Shown here: positions 60,128 through 64,000 of the stretch, piece after piece | Position numbering within the stretch: position 1 is the stretch's first letter | How the letters are laid out: the number at the start of each line of letters is the position of its first letter | Assembly: GCA_963755265.1 (NCBI GenBank) | Contig: CAVWKV010000093.1 | Span: forward strand, 2,772 to 66,771 | Length of the DNA: 64,000 nucleotides | Source of the DNA: an uncultured Methanomassiliicoccales archaeon | Lineage (GTDB): Archaea > Thermoplasmatota > Thermoplasmata > Methanomassiliicoccales > UBA472 | Reading direction: 5' to 3' | The notes under the pieces: model-generated | What the model was told of the DNA's origin: nothing | The model's database searches: none | Seen by the model: only the letters and a program-made list of their open reading frames with translations | Made by a program: the position numbers and the translations under genes

Positions 60128-61996
60128 CTATTTCTTCTTGCTCCTTACGAATACGATCACTATGACCGCGATCAGTATGAGAGCGACCAACGCCACGACG
60201 ACATAGAGCACGGTGTTGTCGCTTGAGCTCTTGACATCGGCGACCGAGATGGTCTGGCTAATAATAGTGTTCGCTCCTTGGGCATCGATTGCCTTGGCAG
60301 TCACAGTGTAGTTGCCAGCTTTCATGTAGGTGTGGTTGACCGTCATGCCACTTGAGGTATTGCCATCGCCGAAATCCCAAGTAACTTGGCATTGATCTAG
60401 GTCGGTGACGTTGGCGGTGAATGTGCTCCTCAGGCCATCGTTTATCGTTGAAAAGGTCAATGTTGGAGCAAGGTTGCGGTAGGCATAAACATATCCATTA
60501 TCGCAAACGGCGATTACAGTTTCATCTACTATTATCGGCGATCCCAGAGCGTAGTTGGCCGGGAGCATCGATACATTCCACATCATGACCCCAGTGTAGG
60601 ATAGCATCACGATGTGGCTTGTTGCCTCATTGGTTATAACCAGAATCCCTTTGGAGGAAATTCCGACAGACCCTCCAATGGGAGCCCCGACTGAGGTTGA
60701 CCAGACTACAGAACCATTCGCATCTCTCATTTGTATGTAGTTTCCGTAGGAAACTACGACCTTATCGCCGAGAACCGAGGGAGAGCTCATCTTACCCGAC
60801 ATTGAGATGTTCGATAGAATTGCGCCCGAGTAGCTAATCTGAACATAGTTCGAGGCCGAGACGCTGTATACTGACTGTCCATATGTGTATGTGACCGCCA
60901 CGATCGAATCATTCAGGAGGGCTGGGGAGGTCTTTATGCTGCCTCCTAGGCTAACGTTCCACATCTCGGTTCCATTCATGGCGATCGCATGGAGCTCGCC
61001 ATCGGTGGTGCCCACATAGATCACTCCATCCCTAACCGCTGGTGAAGAATAGTAATTCTCAGCGGAGAGCGCCTTCTTCCATGCCAGGGTGCCGTCCTCG
61101 TTCAACGCATAGAGTTTTCCGTCCCCCCCAGGTATGACTATCATGTTGTTTGTGAAGACTGGTGACGAGCTAATTCCTTTCGAAGGGGAATCGATGGTAA
61201 ATGTCCATAGCTTAACACCTGTTGCTGAATTGAAAGAGGTGACGTTTCCATCATATGTTGAAACAATCACCTGGTTCTCGACGAGGAGCGGGGACGATAT
61301 CTGGAACGATGTTGAATTTAACGTAGCATTCCATTTCTGTACACCGTTGAGATCTAGGCAGAATATCTTCGCCTTTGTCATATAGTCCCCGGCAAGGACG
61401 TAAAGGCTGCCATTCGCACTGACAGGGACTGTGTCAATGGACCCAGAATTCAAGTTCTTGCTCCATGCAATTTCAGGGCTGATGGTAGAATATGATGGAG
61501 AGGCCCCGGTGTTAGAAAGATCATATTTTGACATTGTCCAGGGATATTTATGTTCCGGGGTCGCCAGAGGGGCAGAGAACGGCCACGGACCAAATCTGAA
61601 GGCTATTGCTTGAAAATTCGTGGCCTTTGCACTAGGGGACTGTGCGCCAAAAGAAGGAGATATCCACTTTTGGGTCGTTGTATTCCACACCCAGAACCCC
61701 CAATATTCGGTGTAAGTGGAACTCGTATTACCAATCTTTGTCACCATATCACCCATTCCAGGATAGTTGGTTGAATTGAATGTGAGGCCCAACTGCTCTG
61801 CTGCCATTTTCGTAGCATTGAACGAATCCATATTTGATGTGACCGTAACGTTCGCCCAAGCGACCGATCCGTCCCCAAAATCGATAAGAACGGCACACGT
61901 TGTGTTAGATGCTTCCGCATTTGTCAAGACAGGTACAGTCGCAACCGTCAGAAACGAAGCAAACATCAAAAATGCGAACAACTTTTGGAATTTCAT
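60128..61996 (-). CDS. Surface protein: DUF4430-like domain, PQQ-type beta-propeller, PKD domain and C-terminal anchor
   Basis: Signal peptide at MKFQK, VTKIG...YWGFWVWN, repeated SSP...W blades, WDFGDG...HTY...GNYTV, and a TM segment ending RSKKK. Confidence 0.85.
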   Translation of the reverse strand: MKFQKLFAFLMFASFLTVATVPVLTNAEASNTTCAVLIDFGDGSVAWANVTVTSNMDSFNATKMAAEQLGLTFNSTNYPGMGDMVTKIGNTSSTYTEYWGFWVWNTTTQKWISPSFGAQSPSAKATNFQAIAFRFGPWPFSAPLATPEHKYPWTMSKYDLSNTGASPSYSTISPEIAWSKNLNSGSIDTVPVSANGSLYVLAGDYMTKAKIFCLDLNGVQKWNATLNSTSFQISSPLLVENQVIVSTYDGNVTSFNSATGVKLWTFTIDSPSKGISSSPVFTNNMIVIPGGDGKLYALNEDGTLAWKKALSAENYYSSPAVRDGVIYVGTTDGELHAIAMNGTEMWNVSLGGSIKTSPALLNDSIVAVTYTYGQSVYSVSASNYVQISYSGAILSNISMSGKMSSPSVLGDKVVVSYGNYIQMRDANGSVVWSTSVGAPIGGSVGISSKGILVITNEATSHIVMLSYTGVMMWNVSMLPANYALGSPIIVDETVIAVCDNGYVYAYRNLAPTLTFSTINDGLRSTFTANVTDLDQCQVTWDFGDGNTSSGMTVNHTYMKAGNYTVTAKAIDAQGANTIISQTISVADVKSSSDNTVLYVVVALVALILIAVIVIVFVRSKKK

Positions 61997-62007
61997 CGAG
62001 TATTCCC

Positions 62008-62085
62008 CATAGCCTATTTGGCTATGTATTGGATGTATTATCCAATATATCAATCCTCGTCCATCAAAGAACTGCTCATTCTGAT
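62008..62085 (-). promoter_or_regulatory. Tandem palindromes/hairpins in the leader of the ECF operon
   Basis: CATAGCC-N5-GGCTATG and TATTGGAT-N5-ATCCAATA lie back to back directly before the GGGGA RBS. Confidence 0.5.
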
Positions 62086-62286
62086 CTCTGTCCAGTCTAA
62101 CCCCGAAACCTTCAATATGCCTCGAAAATTCGTCCAATTCGGCTTCGGTTAGTCATCTATTAAAGTCGGTTCAATTCATGATAAATCGTGCGAACAGCAT
62201 AAGATCATAAAAAGCAAATGAGAAAGGGGGTGATTGAAGCCATGCGCTCCCAGGCATTCCGGTCTCATTCCATAAAGCCATGGCGT

Positions 62287-62871
62287 TCAGATCAATTCAA
62301 AGGCGGCTGCCAAAGCACCATCTTCGGCGCGATCATAGGTCTTGGCCGTACCGATGATGATTACGTCCCCCTCGCTAACCGCTAGGAGCCGTCTTAGGGT
62401 CTCAGCGAATTCCGGCCTTTCCTTGTCCAGATCATAATCGGGAGGGACGATTAGCTGTCCTCCAGAAACGATTATCGTAGTGGCTCCCTCGGCCCCTGCC
62501 TTGATAGCGCCGTCCCTCTGCTCGACACCCATCTTGATCTTCATGCTTTGACCTTTGACGAGAACAGCAGCGCTCCTCTCGCCCAATGTGCTGTCCGTCG
62601 GCTCAACCCTTTCCATGTATAGGGGGAGTTGGCTAAGGAACTCATGACCCTTATGGGCGATCTTGACTCCCGTCTGCTTGACGTCGATCATCTCCTTGAC
62701 GCGAAGATATTCGATTATGGTCCGCATGCTGCCTTCGCCCACATTGACCATGTCCGCAAGCTGCTTGCGCCCCTTGCGCCTTCCATCAGATAAGATGGAA
62801 AGGGTTTTGAAGACATGGTAATCGGCGAAGCGGTGCACCGGACCATATCTGGGCAAATCGACGAGCTTCAT
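62287..62871 (-). CDS. Winged-helix protein, DUF4443-like
   Basis: GRKQLADMVNVGEGSMRT and EQRDGAIKAGAEGAT. Confidence 0.8.
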   Translation of the reverse strand: MKLVDLPRYGPVHRFADYHVFKTLSILSDGRRKGRKQLADMVNVGEGSMRTIIEYLRVKEMIDVKQTGVKIAHKGHEFLSQLPLYMERVEPTDSTLGERSAAVLVKGQSMKIKMGVEQRDGAIKAGAEGATTIIVSGGQLIVPPDYDLDKERPEFAETLRRLLAVSEGDVIIIGTAKTYDRAEDGALAAAFELI

Positions 62872-62874
62872 CGC

Positions 62875-64000
62875 CTAGAATACCGTCACTTGGCCTTTTA
62901 CAACTTTCTCCGTGACCAGGTTAATGTTCTCGAACCAATTGTCGGCCACCGCCAGCGCCTTCTTCTGGTTCTTGTCGAATTTCGCACCCTCCTCCAAGAT
63001 GAGCTGGACGCTGCAAGTCTGCGGGTCGTTTATGGGCCTGCCGATCTGAGATAAGATACGAACCTGGGCCTCGACGACGTCCCCACCAGCCTCCTTGATG
63101 ATGTCCCTGGCGATCCAGTTGGCGAGGATGTTGTACATCTTGCCCACGTGGGTGATCGGGTTCTTTCCAGCCGACGCCTCCATGCTCATCGAGCGGTAGG
63201 GTGTGATGAGTCCGTTGACACGGTTTCCGCGTCCAACCGATCCGTCGTCGCCGTTCTCGGCGCTCAAGCCGGTCACGGTCAGGTAGTAGTTGCCGTTCTT
63301 GTAGTCGTCAGCGTGGTTCACATCGACCTTGATGCTATACTTGGTGAACTTGGTGGCATAGTCAGCCACGCGCTCGGTCATCTCCTGGATGACGTTGACA
63401 TAGTGATCGGCGTCCGGGATGTACTTATCGACCATGGCACAGGCAATGGTGAGGGTGATGTTGTCCCTGTTCCTGGCGGCCATGACCTTAACGTCCTGCC
63501 CGGTCTCCTTGAGCTTTTTCTTCATTGCCCCGTTTATGTACTTCTCCACCTCGAGCGTAACTGTCTCGGTCTGGGAGAGCGGAGCGAAGCTACATCCGAA
63601 CGACGTGTCGTTCGCCAGCATGCAGCTGTTCTTGTTACCATTGACCCTACACTTATCCGCGAGGGACTCAAAGTTCTTGATAAGGTCGATGCTTCCCTTC
63701 CCGATCTTGCAGTCGACGATGACATCTTTGTTCACGTCCAGATGCGGGAAGTTCTTGAGGTATTCCTTGGCCGCGCCGATAGCGGTTGTGGCATAGGGTA
63801 GCCTCTCGCCGTCAACCTGTGTGATGGCCCTGCCGACGAGGACTATATAAATCGGCTCAAGCATCCTGCCGCCGCCGAACTTGGGGGCGCTCTGTCCGCC
63901 CACTACCTCGTTCTGGTCGGTGTTGTGATGGAGAACCTCTCCGTATCTGTCGAGGTACATCTTGCACAGGGCTCGGCTGACCGATTCCGCCAGACCATCG
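62875..64000 (-). CDS. mat: Archaeal S-adenosylmethionine synthetase (5' part outside the window)
   Basis: LHHNTDQ, ANDTSFG, GQDVKVM, GDDGSVGRGNR and GKNPITHVGK. Confidence 0.95.
   Translation of the reverse strand, partial: DGLAESVSRALCKMYLDRYGEVLHHNTDQNEVVGGQSAPKFGGGRMLEPIYIVLVGRAITQVDGERLPYATTAIGAAKEYLKNFPHLDVNKDVIVDCKIGKGSIDLIKNFESLADKCRVNGNKNSCMLANDTSFGCSFAPLSQTETVTLEVEKYINGAMKKKLKETGQDVKVMAARNRDNITLTIACAMVDKYIPDADHYVNVIQEMTERVADYATKFTKYSIKVDVNHADDYKNGNYYLTVTGLSAENGDDGSVGRGNRVNGLITPYRSMSMEASAGKNPITHVGKMYNILANWIARDIIKEAGGDVVEAQVRILSQIGRPINDPQTCSVQLILEEGAKFDKNQKKALAVADNWFENINLVTEKVVKGQVTVF

Noticed and set aside
61997..62280. Canonical cobalamin riboswitch
   Set aside because: The conserved GGGAA and GCCACTG/B12-box elements were not found on the coding strand.
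1..64000. CRISPR array, cas genes, rRNA or IS transposase
   Set aside because: I saw no regularly spaced repeats and no recognisable motifs for these.

Overview
Archaeal chromosomal segment, most consistent with a Methanomassiliicoccales/Thermoplasmata-like euryarchaeon. This assignment is an inference from archaeal-type MAT, TrmY, class I HMG-CoA reductase, archaeal PheT, SRP54, FtsZ and a CoaD-ITPase fusion. Bases 1-5095 are the right end of a mobile element integrated at tRNA-Ala(CGC). It carries zinc-ribbon membrane cargo, a divergent promoter switch, a frameshifted P-loop ATPase, a serine resolvase, and a tyrosine integrase whose last ~21 codons and stop are the antisense of the tRNA. 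Core genes follow: purB, a GvpD/KaiC-like ATPase, srp54, trmY, coaD-ITPase, tRNA-Ser, pheT, hmgA and tRNA-Ile. An accessory zone (~20.7-36.8 kb) holds transporters, two-component genes, gene remnants and unannotated membrane microproteins. The rest contains ftsZ, redox genes, an SPFH/zinc-ribbon operon, an ABC exporter, a YyaL-like gene, a probable cobalamin ECF uptake operon and the 3' part of mat. The most notable unexplained signals are non-coding: a ~160-nt multi-hairpin RNA candidate with GGA-rich loops (CsrB/RsmZ-like, 54165-54323), a ~62-nt hairpin whose loop is complementary to the ftsZ ribosome-binding site, a third structured RNA candidate near 21.9 kb, and a structured leader ahead of the cobalamin uptake operon. 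All calls come from reading the sequence by eye; no searches were run.
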